DNA from: Leptonemataceae bacterium
Lineage (GTDB): Bacteria > Spirochaetota > Leptospiria > Leptospirales > Leptonemataceae
Direction of reading: 5' to 3'
Length of the DNA stretch: 64,000 bases
Assembly: GCA_965227295.1 (NCBI GenBank)
Contig: OZ245742.1
Coordinates: 1,440,001 to 1,504,000 of the forward strand
Position 1 is the stretch's first letter. Each line of letters opens with the position of its first letter. The position numbers and the translations under genes were made by a program. Below the pieces are notes generated by a model. The model was not told the DNA's origin. It ran no database searches and saw only the letters and a program-made list of their open reading frames with translations. This document shows positions 32,624-43,339 of this stretch, one piece after another.

Positions 32624-33577
32624 ATGGAAAAGTCAGCAAAAATCTACGTGGCCGGCCATCGCGGCTTAGTCGGTTCGGCGATCTGCCGGGTCCTGGCGAA
32701 CGAAGGCTACACCAAAGTCGTGCAGCGTACGCACGCGGAGCTGGACCTGGAGTCCCAGAGCGCCGTCGAGAAATTCTTCGAACAGGAGAAACCCGAGTAC
32801 GTCTTCATGGCGGCGGCGCGGGTCGGCGGCATTATGGCGAACAAGACCTATCCCGCCGAGTTCATCTACAACAACCTGCAGATTCAGAACAACCTCATCG
32901 ACGCCTCGTATCGTCACAAAGTCAAAAAGCTGCTTTTCCTGGGTTCGTCGTGCATCTATCCGAAGTTTGCGAACCAGCCGATCAACGAGGACGAACTGCT
33001 CGCCGGCAAGCTCGAACCCACCAACGAACCCTACGCCATTGCGAAGATCGCCGGCATCATCGCCTGTCAGAGCTACAATCGCCAGTACAACACTAACTTT
33101 CTTTCGGTGATGCCTACGAATCTCTACGGCCCCGGGGACAACTATCACCCGGAAAACTCTCACGTACTGCCGGCGTTGATTCGCCGTTTTCATGAGGCCG
33201 TGCGCGATACAAAACCGGAGATCCAGATCTGGGGTACCGGCAAACCTCTGCGCGAGTTTCTCTACTCCGACGACCTGGCGCGGGCGTGTATCTTTCTCAT
33301 GAACAACTACGATTCCGGTGAGATCCTGAACATCGGCTCCGGCGTCGAGGTTTCCATTCGGGAGCTCGCCGAAACGATTGGACGAGTGCTGGGCTACGAG
33401 GGTCGCATCGTGTTCGATACCACGAAACCCGACGGCACGCCGCGCAAGCTGCTGGACTGCGAGAAGATTCACCGCCTGGGCTGGCGGCACCAGGTGGAAC
33501 TTCAGGACGGCATCCGCCTGGCTTACGACGACTTCCTCAAACGCTACAGTGATGAAACGGAGCAGGCCGCAGGTTAA
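32624..33577 (+). CDS. fcl: GDP-L-fucose synthase
   Basis: [46 protein letters not shown]. Confidence 0.96.
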   Translation: MEKSAKIYVAGHRGLVGSAICRVLANEGYTKVVQRTHAELDLESQSAVEKFFEQEKPEYVFMAAARVGGIMANKTYPAEFIYNNLQIQNNLIDASYRHKVKKLLFLGSSCIYPKFANQPINEDELLAGKLEPTNEPYAIAKIAGIIACQSYNRQYNTNFLSVMPTNLYGPGDNYHPENSHVLPALIRRFHEAVRDTKPEIQIWGTGKPLREFLYSDDLARACIFLMNNYDSGEILNIGSGVEVSIRELAETIGRVLGYEGRIVFDTTKPDGTPRKLLDCEKIHRLGWRHQVELQDGIRLAYDDFLKRYSDETEQAAG

Positions 33578-33609
33578 GCAGGGTAACTGAAGCTTAGCGG
33601 ATATTAGTA

Positions 33610-34578
33610 ATGCAAGTCTCACTCATTATACCCGTCTACAACGAAGAAGATAACCTGGACGAGCTGTATGGCGAAATCCAGGAACTCTGGAAGGCTTATA
33701 AAAAGCACACGCTGCTTGAACTGATCTTTGTGAACGACGGGAGCCTGGACGGCTCACTGAAAAAGCTCAAAGAGTTGACGAAGAAGGATCGCAAGATCAA
33801 GGTCGTGAACTTCTGGCGCAATTACGGCCAGACCGCAGCACTGTCCGCGGGAATCGATGCGTCACGAGGTGACATCATCCTGTTGATGGATGCGGATTTG
33901 CAGAATGATCCCAACGATATTCCGAAGCTTATCGAAAAGCTGGAACAGGGCTACGAGGTCGCCTCGGGCTGGCGCAAGCATCGCCAGGATAATTCGCTTA
34001 CGCGAACCTTTCCGTCACGCATCGCCAACTGGCTCATCTCGCTGATCTCCAGGGTGAGCCTGCATGACTTCGGTTGCACGCTGAAGGCTTACCGCCGCGA
34101 CGCTCTCGAAGGCGTGCGCCTTTATGGCGAGATGCACCGTTTCATTCCCGTGTTCGCCAGCTGGCAGGGCGCGCGCGTGGCCGAGGTGATCGTGAATCAC
34201 CGGCCGCGCATTCACGGCGTTTCGAAGTACGGCCTGGAGCGGACGGTCAAGGTCTTCCTGGATCTGATCCTGATCGCCTTCATGCATAAGTTTTTGCACC
34301 GGCCCATGCACGCCTTCGGCGGCATCGGTGTGATCGGCATGGTGCTTTCGGTAGCCACATTCATATGGGCGATCATCTGGAAGTTCGAAGGCGTTTCGTT
34401 CATTGAGTCGCCGCTGTTAATATTTTCGACGACCTTCTTTTTGTTCGGAGCGACTTCGATTCTCATGGGACTCCTCGCCGAGATGTTGATGCGCACCTAC
34501 TTCGAAAGTCAGAACAAACATACGTATCGCGTGAAAGAAGTGCTAAACGGCGGCGGGCGATCCAGGAAAAAAGCCTGA
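33610..34578 (+). CDS. Glycosyltransferase family 2 (polyprenol-phosphate glycosyltransferase, ArnC-like)
   Basis: IPVYNEE, NDGS.DGS, NYGQTAA, MDADLQNDP, GEMHRFIP; two C-terminal TM helices. Confidence 0.92.
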   Translation: MQVSLIIPVYNEEDNLDELYGEIQELWKAYKKHTLLELIFVNDGSLDGSLKKLKELTKKDRKIKVVNFWRNYGQTAALSAGIDASRGDIILLMDADLQNDPNDIPKLIEKLEQGYEVASGWRKHRQDNSLTRTFPSRIANWLISLISRVSLHDFGCTLKAYRRDALEGVRLYGEMHRFIPVFASWQGARVAEVIVNHRPRIHGVSKYGLERTVKVFLDLILIAFMHKFLHRPMHAFGGIGVIGMVLSVATFIWAIIWKFEGVSFIESPLLIFSTTFFLFGATSILMGLLAEMLMRTYFESQNKHTYRVKEVLNGGGRSRKKA

Positions 34579-34591
34579 ACGCGTTAGGGCA

Positions 34592-35743
34592 TTGAATATC
34601 CTTTTAATCAACTACGAGTATCCGCCCATCGGCGGCGGCGCCGCAAACGCGTGCTGGTTTTTGGCCAGGGAGCTGGCCTCGATGAAACATCGAGTATGCG
34701 TGCTGACTTCGGCCTACGAAGATCTGCGCGGCCTCGCAGAAGACGAAAATGGAGTCACGGTCTTACGCGTGCCCGCGTTTCGCAGGCGCAAAGATCGTGG
34801 CAGTATTTTGCAGATGGTCGCGTTTGTTTTTTTTGCGAATCTGAAGCTACTCGGTCTTGCGAAAAATTTTGAGATAGAGAGGTCGATAGCTTTTTTTACA
34901 ATCCCCTGCGGCCCGCTTGCGCTTCGTTTGAAGCGCCGACGGGAGATCGACTACGTTGTATCCCTGCGCGGGGGAGACGTTCCCGGTCATGTTCCCCGGG
35001 TGAACGCATTCCATCGTCTGATTCGCGGCGTTCGTCGTCGTTCGCTCAAGTACGCAAAGGCCATCGTGGCCAACGGAGAGGGGCTCGCAAAGTCTTCCGA
35101 GGCCGCGGACCCGTTTCCGGTGCACATTATACCGAACGGCGTGGATACGGATTTCTTTCATCCGCCCGAAGAGCGAAATGCGTCGGGAACCGCCGACGGG
35201 CTAACTTTATTTCAGTGCCTCTTTGTGGGGCGGTTGCATCCGGAAAAGAATCTGCCGTTCTTTTTTCGGGCCGCGGCGCCCCTGATTTCGGAGCTGAAAG
35301 GCGAGGGCATTCAGTTCCAACTGCATCTTGTCGGCGACGGTTCGGACCGGGCCGTGCTTGCACGACTCGCCGATGAGCTGCAACTGGAAGTTACGTTCCA
35401 CGGCTGGTGCGAGCGGGAATCCACGGCGCGTCTATACCGTGAAGCGGATTGTTTGATCAATCCCTCGCTCTACGAAGGGATGGCGAACGTGGTGCTGGAA
35501 GGCATGGCGTCGGCCTTGCCGGTCCTCGCCAGCGATGTCCCGGGAAACGCCGGGTTGGTGCGTGAGAATTCGGACGGGCTTCTGTTTGCGCTGCATGACG
35601 AAGTGGACTTGCGTGAAAAATTGGGCGCCCTGGCGCGGGATGCCGGACTCCGTCGACGCCTGGGTGCGAACGGCCGCCGCCGGGTCGTCGAAGAATTTTC
35701 CTGGCGCAGCGTGGCGGAGGGCTATCTAAAGCTGCTTCAGTAA
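34592..35743 (+). CDS. Glycosyltransferase family 4
   Basis: EYPPIGGG, IPNGVD, FVGRL..EK, PSLYEGMANVVLEGMA (Ex7E). Confidence 0.92.
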   Translation: MNILLINYEYPPIGGGAANACWFLARELASMKHRVCVLTSAYEDLRGLAEDENGVTVLRVPAFRRRKDRGSILQMVAFVFFANLKLLGLAKNFEIERSIAFFTIPCGPLALRLKRRREIDYVVSLRGGDVPGHVPRVNAFHRLIRGVRRRSLKYAKAIVANGEGLAKSSEAADPFPVHIIPNGVDTDFFHPPEERNASGTADGLTLFQCLFVGRLHPEKNLPFFFRAAAPLISELKGEGIQFQLHLVGDGSDRAVLARLADELQLEVTFHGWCERESTARLYREADCLINPSLYEGMANVVLEGMASALPVLASDVPGNAGLVRENSDGLLFALHDEVDLREKLGALARDAGLRRRLGANGRRRVVEEFSWRSVAEGYLKLLQ

Positions 35744-35760
35744 GTATTTGCGGCGAGGTG

Positions 35761-36513
35761 TTAGTCTGCGTTCAGCCAGTACAGTCGACACGAACGCCGC
35801 GCCGCGATGCGCCCCGCGGGAATGCTTTCATCGCCGTCGAGCATGCGCCGAATCATGGCTGCTTTACCACTGCCTTTCAAAAGGAACCAGACCTGCTGCG
35901 CCGCTTCGATCACGGGGTAGTTGATGGTCAGACGCACCTGGTTGTCCTCCGGGCGCCGGGTTACCGCGGTAAGTTCGCTGCCGGTTTCCTGGCCGGGAAA
36001 GAGAGAAGCGGTGTGACCGTCGTGATCCCCCAGGCCGAGGAGGATCAACGGGAACGTCGGAAAGAGGGCGGAAGCCGAAGGCTGTCGGCGCAGCGGCAGA
36101 TGAGCCGCCAGGGACTGAGACATCATGGCGGCCGCGCGTTCCGGGTCGCCGGGATCGTTGTCCGGCGAACTGACCTGCTCCGGATCGCGCCAGCCGTGAA
36201 TGAACGGTGACGAGGGACGTAGCTCCGGCGGCCGAATGATTTGCGCCAGCGCGGTTTCGTTGCGATCGGAATGGCCGAGGGGTACCCAGCGCTCATCGCC
36301 GATCCACCAGCGCACCCCGGCAAGGGCGGGCGCAGGGGATTCGTAGTCCGCGGCCACACGCTGGAAGAAGGGCACCGGGGAGTTTCCGCCGGGAACGGCG
36401 ACGTGAAAGGTTCCGTAAGATTGTTCCTGTACCGCGGCGACAAAATCACGAAAAACATCTTCCAGCCAGGCCCCGGCGCTGTCGTATTCCTTGAGTTCGC
36501 TGCTTCGACTCAT
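35761..36513 (-). CDS. pgl: 6-phosphogluconolactonase
   Basis: PGGNSP, GDERWVP..HSDRN, LLGLG..DGHTASLFP, RLT, G..KA. Confidence 0.88.
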   Translation of the reverse strand: MSRSSELKEYDSAGAWLEDVFRDFVAAVQEQSYGTFHVAVPGGNSPVPFFQRVAADYESPAPALAGVRWWIGDERWVPLGHSDRNETALAQIIRPPELRPSSPFIHGWRDPEQVSSPDNDPGDPERAAAMMSQSLAAHLPLRRQPSASALFPTFPLILLGLGDHDGHTASLFPGQETGSELTAVTRRPEDNQVRLTINYPVIEAAQQVWFLLKGSGKAAMIRRMLDGDESIPAGRIAARRSCRLYWLNAD

Positions 36514-36615
36514 TGTCTTCCGTGTAACGTGTAGAGCGCAAAATAGGCAAGCTCATTTGATTGTTTTTGAATCTGGAGTTGTTACTACTCTAGACAGGTC
36601 TTGTTACTAAGTATT

Positions 36616-38544
36616 ATGTGTGGTATCGCCGGCTTTATTGATCCCGGAATGCGTGGTTCGCAGGCGGAATTCGCGGCTGTTATGAACCGCATGACCGACG
36701 CGATTGCGCACCGCGGCCCGGACGGCTCCGGGGTCTGGAGCGATCCGGAGCGCGGCGTATGCCTGGGACACCGGCGTCTGTCCATCATCGACATTGCCGG
36801 CGGGTCGCAGCCGATGGCTTCCAGCGACGGAGAGCTGATCGTCGTTTTTAACGGAGAGATCTACAATCACGCCGAACTGCGCGACGAATTGATCGCGAAG
36901 GGTCATCGTTTTCAATCGCACCATTCCGATACCGAAGTGCTGCTTTACGGCTGGCGCGAGTGGGGCGAGTCCATGGCCGATCGTTTGAACGGCATGTGGG
37001 CCTTTGCGATCTATGATCGCAAGCACGGTATCGTTCATCTGAGTCGGGACCGTTTCGGGCAGAAGCCGTTTTACTATACGTATCAGAACGGTGTCTTTGC
37101 GTTCGCGTCCGAGCTGAGCGGCATTGAGGCCTTTGCGAAGTCCAGCGAGTCCGTGGCCACGTCGCTTTCGCCCCGGGCGGTGCAGAAGTTCTTCGCCTAC
37201 GGTTACGTACCCGCTCCGCTGTCGCTCTACGAGGGCGTGTACAAACTTCCGGGCGGTCATTGTTTGTCCTTCGAAGTGCGGGAGGCCTCGTTTCGTATCC
37301 GTAAGTGGTGGGACTTCGTCCTGGAACCATTCGCGGGCGGTGAGATTCCGAGAAAAGCCGAAGAAGAATGGGGCGCCGAGATTCGCCGCCTGCTGGATCA
37401 GTCCGTGCGTCGGCGCATGATGTCCGACGTTCCCCTGGGGGTCTTTCTGTCCGGCGGCATCGACAGCTCGGCGATTACGGCCTTTGCTGCCAGGCACGTG
37501 GATGCCGGCAAGTTGGAGACGTTCTGCATTGGATTTGAAGAGGCCTCGTTCGACGAATCGCAGTACGCCCGGGACACGGCGCAACTCTTCGGCACGAAAC
37601 ATCACGATGACGTGCTCTCTATGGAAGGGGCGAGTCCGCTCTTAGCTGAGATTGCGAGTAAGTTAGACGAACCCCTGGGAGATTCCTCGCTGCTGCCGAC
37701 GTACCTGCTCTGCCGGTTTACGCGGCAGCGCGTAACGGTGGCTCTCGGCGGGGACGGCGGCGATGAACTCTTCGCCGGATACGACCCCTTCCGCGCGTTG
37801 CGCTACGCCAATCTCTACAAGACGCTGTTGCCCGCGCCGGTGCACGCCGGTGTGCGCATGCTGATGGCCCGGTTGCCGGTGTCCCACCGGAACATGAGCC
37901 TCGATTTTAAGATCAAGCGGACGCTGCGCGGCATCGGTTACAGGCGCCAGTTCTGGCTGCCCGTCTGGATGGGACCGCTGGATCCCGGCGGCGTGAGCGA
38001 TCTTCTGGATGAACCGGTGGACCTGGAAGATCTCTACTCCGAGGCGATTGAACAGTGGGACGCGTGTCAGAGTAAAGATATAGTAGATAAAACTTTGCAA
38101 TTTTATACGAAGCTCTACTTACAGGACGACATCCTCGTGAAAGTCGACCGTGCGTCCATGATGGTTTCTCTCGAGGCGCGGTCGCCGTTTCTGGACATTG
38201 ATCTCATTAACTTCGTGCGTCGTATTCCCTCGAACTACAAACTTCGCGGCGGGGTCACTAAGTACATCTTGAAGAAGGCGCTGGAACCGGTGTTGCCTGA
38301 GAGTATTCTGTATCGTGCCAAGAAGGGCTTCGGCGTTCCGGTGGGGCGCTGGTTCCGTGACGGTGTGCTGAACGTCGATCCGCAAAGCATGCCCGCGCCG
38401 GTGCAGGCGGATTTCGTGCGCGGGCTGAACGAACGTCATAAACAAAACAAGAGCGACGAGCGCGCCGCGTTGTGGAACGCCTGGTTGCTCGGTGAGTTTC
38501 AGAAGCGTGGTCGCAGTGTGGCGGTGCGGAGTACGGTGTCGTGA
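36616..38544 (+). CDS. asnB: Asparagine synthase (glutamine-hydrolysing) family amidotransferase
   Basis: MCGIAG N-terminal nucleophile, HRGPD, HRRLSIID, NGEIYN, LSGGIDSS, KVDRASM, R.PFLD. Glycan-cluster context suggests sugar amidation. Confidence 0.93.
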   Translation: MCGIAGFIDPGMRGSQAEFAAVMNRMTDAIAHRGPDGSGVWSDPERGVCLGHRRLSIIDIAGGSQPMASSDGELIVVFNGEIYNHAELRDELIAKGHRFQSHHSDTEVLLYGWREWGESMADRLNGMWAFAIYDRKHGIVHLSRDRFGQKPFYYTYQNGVFAFASELSGIEAFAKSSESVATSLSPRAVQKFFAYGYVPAPLSLYEGVYKLPGGHCLSFEVREASFRIRKWWDFVLEPFAGGEIPRKAEEEWGAEIRRLLDQSVRRRMMSDVPLGVFLSGGIDSSAITAFAARHVDAGKLETFCIGFEEASFDESQYARDTAQLFGTKHHDDVLSMEGASPLLAEIASKLDEPLGDSSLLPTYLLCRFTRQRVTVALGGDGGDELFAGYDPFRALRYANLYKTLLPAPVHAGVRMLMARLPVSHRNMSLDFKIKRTLRGIGYRRQFWLPVWMGPLDPGGVSDLLDEPVDLEDLYSEAIEQWDACQSKDIVDKTLQFYTKLYLQDDILVKVDRASMMVSLEARSPFLDIDLINFVRRIPSNYKLRGGVTKYILKKALEPVLPESILYRAKKGFGVPVGRWFRDGVLNVDPQSMPAPVQADFVRGLNERHKQNKSDERAALWNAWLLGEFQKRGRSVAVRSTVS

Positions 38545-39308
38545 GCGGAGGTTCGTCTCATCATGTCGGTGACGACCTGGAAGCGAAGAACGCGGACTGG
38601 TCTTTCGGTCGTGTCAGCGGCGAACGTTTTCAGAAACATCTTCGGAGATCGGTGCCGTTTTATGCGGAAGGTCACGATCTCGTCTGTCGGCTCAGTGATT
38701 TTTTTGTGCGTCAGGATTCGACGTGTTATGAGCTCGGTACATCCAACGGTGTTCTGCTGGAGCAACTCGTCCGTCGGCATTCCGTGAAGCCCGGAACGCG
38801 CTGGATCGGTGTCGATCGTGAGAAGGCCATGATCGCTTCGGCGCGCGAGCGTTTGGATACCTGCATTGATGCCCTGGTGCCGCAGCACGAACAGGGCGGT
38901 GTTCCGGATGTGCGTCTTGTTGCGGAAGATGCGTCGCAACTGGAGTTCGAAAGCACGGACTTCGTTGTAGCTTACTATACGTTACAGTTTATGGCGCCGA
39001 AGTCACGGCAGGAAACCGTGGCAAGAATCTACGAGGCACTGAATCCGGGCGGCGCGTTTCTGCTGTTCGAGAAAGTCCGGGCCCCGGACGCCCGCTTCCA
39101 GGACATTGCGAACGCCCTGTATACGGAGTACAAACTCGACCAGGGATTTTCGCCGGACGAGATTACCGCAAAGGCCAGAAGCCTCAAGGGCGTGCTGGAG
39201 CCTTTTTCCACGGCGGCCAATCTGGATCTTCTGGGCCGGGCCGGTTTCGTTGACGTGGTAAGTGTGTATAAATATATCTGCTTTGAAGGCTTTCTGGCGA
39301 TCAAGTAA
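38541..39308 (+). CDS. Class I SAM-dependent methyltransferase, CmoA-like
   Basis: WSF, RRSVPFY, ELGTSNG, YTLQF, LNPGGAFLLFEK. Confidence 0.82.
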   Translation: MSGGSSHHVGDDLEAKNADWSFGRVSGERFQKHLRRSVPFYAEGHDLVCRLSDFFVRQDSTCYELGTSNGVLLEQLVRRHSVKPGTRWIGVDREKAMIASARERLDTCIDALVPQHEQGGVPDVRLVAEDASQLEFESTDFVVAYYTLQFMAPKSRQETVARIYEALNPGGAFLLFEKVRAPDARFQDIANALYTEYKLDQGFSPDEITAKARSLKGVLEPFSTAANLDLLGRAGFVDVVSVYKYICFEGFLAIK

Positions 39309-39334
39309 GCCGACTCTCTCCAACGGAGATCAAC

Positions 39335-40387
39335 ATGAAACAACTCGTACAGGAAATTGAAATCGCGGGCCGTAAGATCGGACCCGATCATCCGCCGTTT
39401 GTCATTGCCGAGGTGGGCATCAATCACGAGGGCGAATACGATAAAGCCGTTCAGATGGTGGACGCCGCCTGTGATGCCGGAGCGGACTGCGTAAAGTTCC
39501 AGTGCCACATTACGGAACAGGAAATGATTCCCTCCGACATTCCGCCGGGCAAACTTTCGGACGAACCACTCTACGATATCATCAAGCGCTGCGAACTTAC
39601 CGAAGAAGAAGAACGTAATCTTCAGAAATACTGTGCGGATAAAGGAATCATCTATCTCAGCACGCCGTTCTCGCGCGAAGCGGCGAACCGCCTGGAAGGC
39701 ATGGGCGTGCCGGGTTACAAGATCGGATCCGGTGAGTGTAACAACTATCCGTTGCTGGAACACGTCGCGAAATTCGGCAAGCCCATGATTCTCTCCACCG
39801 GTATGAATGATGTGTCGATGATTCACAAGTCCGTCGAAGCGATCATGAAGCACAATCAACAGTTGATCCTCATGCATTGCACCTCGATGTACCCGACGCC
39901 GTACGAAAAGGTTCGCCTCGGCGCCATCAAAGAACTGCAAGAGGAGTTCGGTCTCCCGGTGGGTTTGAGCGATCACTCGATGAACGTATACACGTGTCTC
40001 GGCGCTGTCGCTCTGGGAGCGGTGGCCCTCGAAAAACACTTCACGATCACCCGGAGCTGGCCGGGGCCGGACGTTCCGATTTCCATTGAACCCCACGAAC
40101 TCAAAGAGATGGTGGACGGCTCGCGCGCAATCTTCGCGGCCCGGGGTGGAGCGAAGACGATCCTGCCGGAAGAACAGCCGGTCATCGATTTCGCGTACGC
40201 CAGTGTCGTAACCATCAAACCGGTGAAGGCCGGAGAAACCTTTTCGCTGGATAACATCTGGGTCAAGCGGCCGGGCACGGGACAACTGCTGGCCGATCAA
40301 CTCGAAAACGTGCTCGGCAAAAAAGCCGCCGCGGATCTTGAATTGAACGAACAACTGGAACCGAAACACATCGAGGGTTGGTCCTGA
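39335..40387 (+). CDS. neuB: N-acetylneuraminate synthase family protein (paralogue 1)
   Basis: IAEVGINHEG, VKFQ, STPFS, KIGSGE, LSTGM, HCTSMYP, GLSDH, EKHFT; C-terminal SAF domain KRPGTG. Confidence 0.93.
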   Translation: MKQLVQEIEIAGRKIGPDHPPFVIAEVGINHEGEYDKAVQMVDAACDAGADCVKFQCHITEQEMIPSDIPPGKLSDEPLYDIIKRCELTEEEERNLQKYCADKGIIYLSTPFSREAANRLEGMGVPGYKIGSGECNNYPLLEHVAKFGKPMILSTGMNDVSMIHKSVEAIMKHNQQLILMHCTSMYPTPYEKVRLGAIKELQEEFGLPVGLSDHSMNVYTCLGAVALGAVALEKHFTITRSWPGPDVPISIEPHELKEMVDGSRAIFAARGGAKTILPEEQPVIDFAYASVVTIKPVKAGETFSLDNIWVKRPGTGQLLADQLENVLGKKAAADLELNEQLEPKHIEGWS

Positions 40388-41109
40388 GTTTCGTTCTCGG
40401 TGTGATTCCCGCGCGGGGCGGATCGAAAGGCGTAAAGAAAAAGAACATCCGCCCCGTTCTCGGAAAACCGCTCCTGGCCCACGCGATTCGCTGCGGCCGG
40501 CGCGTAACGGAACTGGACCGGCTCATCGTTTCTACGGACAGTGAAGAGTTCGCGGAAATCGCGAGAGAGCACGGCGCGGAAGTCCCGTTCCTCAGGCCCG
40601 CTCCGCTCGCCGCCGACACCGCGCCGATGTTGCCGGTTCTGGAGCATGCCATCTTAGAAACGGAAAAGATCTATAACGACAGAGTGGAGTGCGTGGTGTT
40701 GCTCGATCCCACGGGCGTGCTTCGCATCCCTGCCGACATTGAAGGCTGCCTGAAGATGTTTCGCGAGTCCGATTGCGATTGCGTCATCTCCGGTCATCCG
40801 GCGCATCGTAATCCTTACTTTAACATGGTAACCGAGCGCGACGGTTACTTTAATCTGGTCTGTCTCGAAGGGCGCGGGGTCGGTCGGCGCCAGGACGCTC
40901 CGGTGTGCTACGATCTGAATACCGTGGTGTGGATCTGGTCCCGGGCGGCGGTCGTCGATCAAAAAGAACGCCTCCCGGAGAAAACTCTACTGTACGAGAT
41001 TCCCGTGGAGCGCGCCATGGACCTGGATCACGAGTTCGACTTCGAACTCCTGGAAATGATCCTCGATAAGAAGCGCGGCCAGGCCGGCTTTGAGTTCTTT
41101 TTCGATTAA
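40378..41109 (+). CDS. neuA: Acylneuraminate cytidylyltransferase family protein (paralogue 1)
   Basis: IPARGGSKGV.KKN, VSTD, RPA.LA.D, DLD..FDF. Start approximate. Confidence 0.88.
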   Translation: MVLSFVLGVIPARGGSKGVKKKNIRPVLGKPLLAHAIRCGRRVTELDRLIVSTDSEEFAEIAREHGAEVPFLRPAPLAADTAPMLPVLEHAILETEKIYNDRVECVVLLDPTGVLRIPADIEGCLKMFRESDCDCVISGHPAHRNPYFNMVTERDGYFNLVCLEGRGVGRRQDAPVCYDLNTVVWIWSRAAVVDQKERLPEKTLLYEIPVERAMDLDHEFDFELLEMILDKKRGQAGFEFFFD

Positions 41110-41124
41110 GTTAGCGATCTTCCT

Positions 41125-42276
41125 ATGACTGATACCTCACGACGTACTATCGCCTGTGTCACCGGAACCCGGGCGGACTATCCGCGGGTGAAGTCCGTGC
41201 TGCGGGAAATCGTCGCACGGCCGAACCTGGACCTTCGCTTGATCGTGACCGGTGCGCATCTTTCGAAGGCGTTCGGTTACACGATCACCGAGATCGAAGC
41301 GGACGGTTTTGAGATCGCGGAAAAGTTCGAAATCTACGATGAAGACGATACGCCCTACGGAATGGCGAAAGCCGCGGCCCGCTGCGCCGAGGGTACGGCT
41401 CACGCTCTGAAACGGATCGATCCGGATATTGTGTTGATCACCGTCGATCGCATGGAGACCCTGGCGGCGACGCAGTCCGCGGCGCTCATGAACTTCCCCA
41501 TCGCCCACGTTCAGGGCGGCGAGGTCACCGGTACCATCGACGAAAGCATTCGTCATGCAGTGACGAAACTTTCGCACATTCACTTTCCGGCTTCGCCCGA
41601 CGCCGCCGAACGTATCGTAAAGATGGGCGAGGACCCGCGGCACGTCCACCAGGTCGGCTGTCCGTATCTCGACATCATTACCGGGCTGGAGTACAAGAGC
41701 AAGGCCGAGATGGCCGCGAAGTACGGCTTCGATGCGGACAAACCGCTCGTCTTGTTTACGCAGCATCCGGTGACCACGGAGTTCGGCGAGGGCGGTGAGC
41801 AGGTAAAGAAAACCATCGAGGCGCTGAACGGTTTCCCGGACGTCGAGGTCTTCGCACTCTACTCGAACACCGACGCCGGCGGCCGGGAGATCGTCGAGAT
41901 CATGAAGCAGCAATCACGATATAAGATTTTTCCGAACATTGATTCGGCCGACTTTTTGAACATTATGAAGCACGCGGACCTCATGCTCGGCAATTCTTCG
42001 GCGGGTATTCGTGAGGCGCCGAGTTTCGAGCTCCCCGTGGTCAACGTCGGTTCGCGTCAGCAAGGCCGCGAACGCGCGGCGAACGTGATCGACGTGCCGC
42101 ACGAGGTCGGCGCCATTCGCGAAGCGATTCGGAAGGGATTGTCGAAGCCGTTTCGGGATTCTCTTAAGGGTGTTGTCAATCCCTACGGCGACGGTAAGTC
42201 CGCGAAACGAATCGTGGACATCCTGGAATCCGTTACGATTGATCGCGACCTGGTGCAAAAAATCATTCACTACTAA
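41125..42276 (+). CDS. neuC: UDP-N-acetylglucosamine 2-epimerase, hydrolysing (paralogue 1)
   Basis: TGTRADY, TGAHL, HVQGGE..GTIDE.IRHAVTK, HPVT, GNSSAGIRE. Confidence 0.92.
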   Translation: MTDTSRRTIACVTGTRADYPRVKSVLREIVARPNLDLRLIVTGAHLSKAFGYTITEIEADGFEIAEKFEIYDEDDTPYGMAKAAARCAEGTAHALKRIDPDIVLITVDRMETLAATQSAALMNFPIAHVQGGEVTGTIDESIRHAVTKLSHIHFPASPDAAERIVKMGEDPRHVHQVGCPYLDIITGLEYKSKAEMAAKYGFDADKPLVLFTQHPVTTEFGEGGEQVKKTIEALNGFPDVEVFALYSNTDAGGREIVEIMKQQSRYKIFPNIDSADFLNIMKHADLMLGNSSAGIREAPSFELPVVNVGSRQQGRERAANVIDVPHEVGAIREAIRKGLSKPFRDSLKGVVNPYGDGKSAKRIVDILESVTIDRDLVQKIIHY

Positions 42277-42282
42277 CTTCAT

Positions 42283-43317
42283 ATGAGCTACGATTACAAG
42301 TCCATTCTGGTGACCGGCGGCGCCGGTTGCATCGGCATGCAGGTGTGCGCGGAACTGAGGCGCCGCGGTGCGAAGGTCCGTCTGTTTGATTTGCCGGAGC
42401 AGATTTCCCGCGTGCGGGAGTTTATTCCGGAAGATGTCGACATCTACTACGGTTCGATCCTCGACATGTCTTCCCTGCGCGACGGTATGGCCGGCTGTGA
42501 CGCGGTGATTCACCTTGCCGCGTACCTCGGTGTGATGCGCACGGAAACGAATCGCCTGCGGTGTCTGGATATCAACATGACGGGCACGCGCAACGTCCTC
42601 GACTGCGCCGTGCAGCATCGCGTGGAGAAGATCGTCTTCGCATCCTCCTCGGAAGTCTACGGCGAGCCCGTCGAAAATCCGGTGCGAGAAACGACTCTGA
42701 CCCAGGGCAAGACGGTCTACGCCGTAAGTAAACTTGCCGGGGAAGAACTCTGCAAGGCCTACAGTCAGCGCTATCCGCACCTTAAACATACCGTGTTGCG
42801 CTACTTCAACGCTTACGGTCCGTATCAAATTACACAATTCGTCATTCCGAAATTCGTCTACAACGTGCAGCACGATCGGCCGCCCATTATCTACGGCACC
42901 GGTGAGCAAATGCGTTCGTTTTGTTATTCCAGCGATACTGCCAGAGGGACCGTGGACGCCCTCTACAAACCTGAGGCGGACGGGCAGACCATCAATATCG
43001 GCAACAGCGAGTCCCTGGTCTCGCTGAAGGACCTGGCGAAACTCGTCATTGAGGTCGGCGGCAAAGAGGGCAAGATCGAAGCTGTCATCAATACCGAGTT
43101 TTCGAAGACGGACCGCGAAGAAAGTCGGGAGATCCATCGCCGCTACTGCGACACTTCCCTGGCGCTGAACCTGCTGGATTTTCGGCCGCGGGTCTCACTG
43201 CGCGACGGCATTGCGAACGTTTTTTCCGAGGGGCGCCTCTTTGACCGCTGGGAATCCAGCGACATTAAGTACACCCTCGACGAATGGATCGAAGACGACG
43301 GCGGCAACGATCGCTAA
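42283..43317 (+). CDS. NAD-dependent epimerase/dehydratase
   Basis: TGGAGCIG, HLAA, ASSSEVYG, YAVSK, RYFNAYGP. Confidence 0.9.
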   Translation: MSYDYKSILVTGGAGCIGMQVCAELRRRGAKVRLFDLPEQISRVREFIPEDVDIYYGSILDMSSLRDGMAGCDAVIHLAAYLGVMRTETNRLRCLDINMTGTRNVLDCAVQHRVEKIVFASSSEVYGEPVENPVRETTLTQGKTVYAVSKLAGEELCKAYSQRYPHLKHTVLRYFNAYGPYQITQFVIPKFVYNVQHDRPPIIYGTGEQMRSFCYSSDTARGTVDALYKPEADGQTINIGNSESLVSLKDLAKLVIEVGGKEGKIEAVINTEFSKTDREESREIHRRYCDTSLALNLLDFRPRVSLRDGIANVFSEGRLFDRWESSDIKYTLDEWIEDDGGNDR

Positions 43318-43339
43318 AGTTCTTCGACTATAACTTAGC

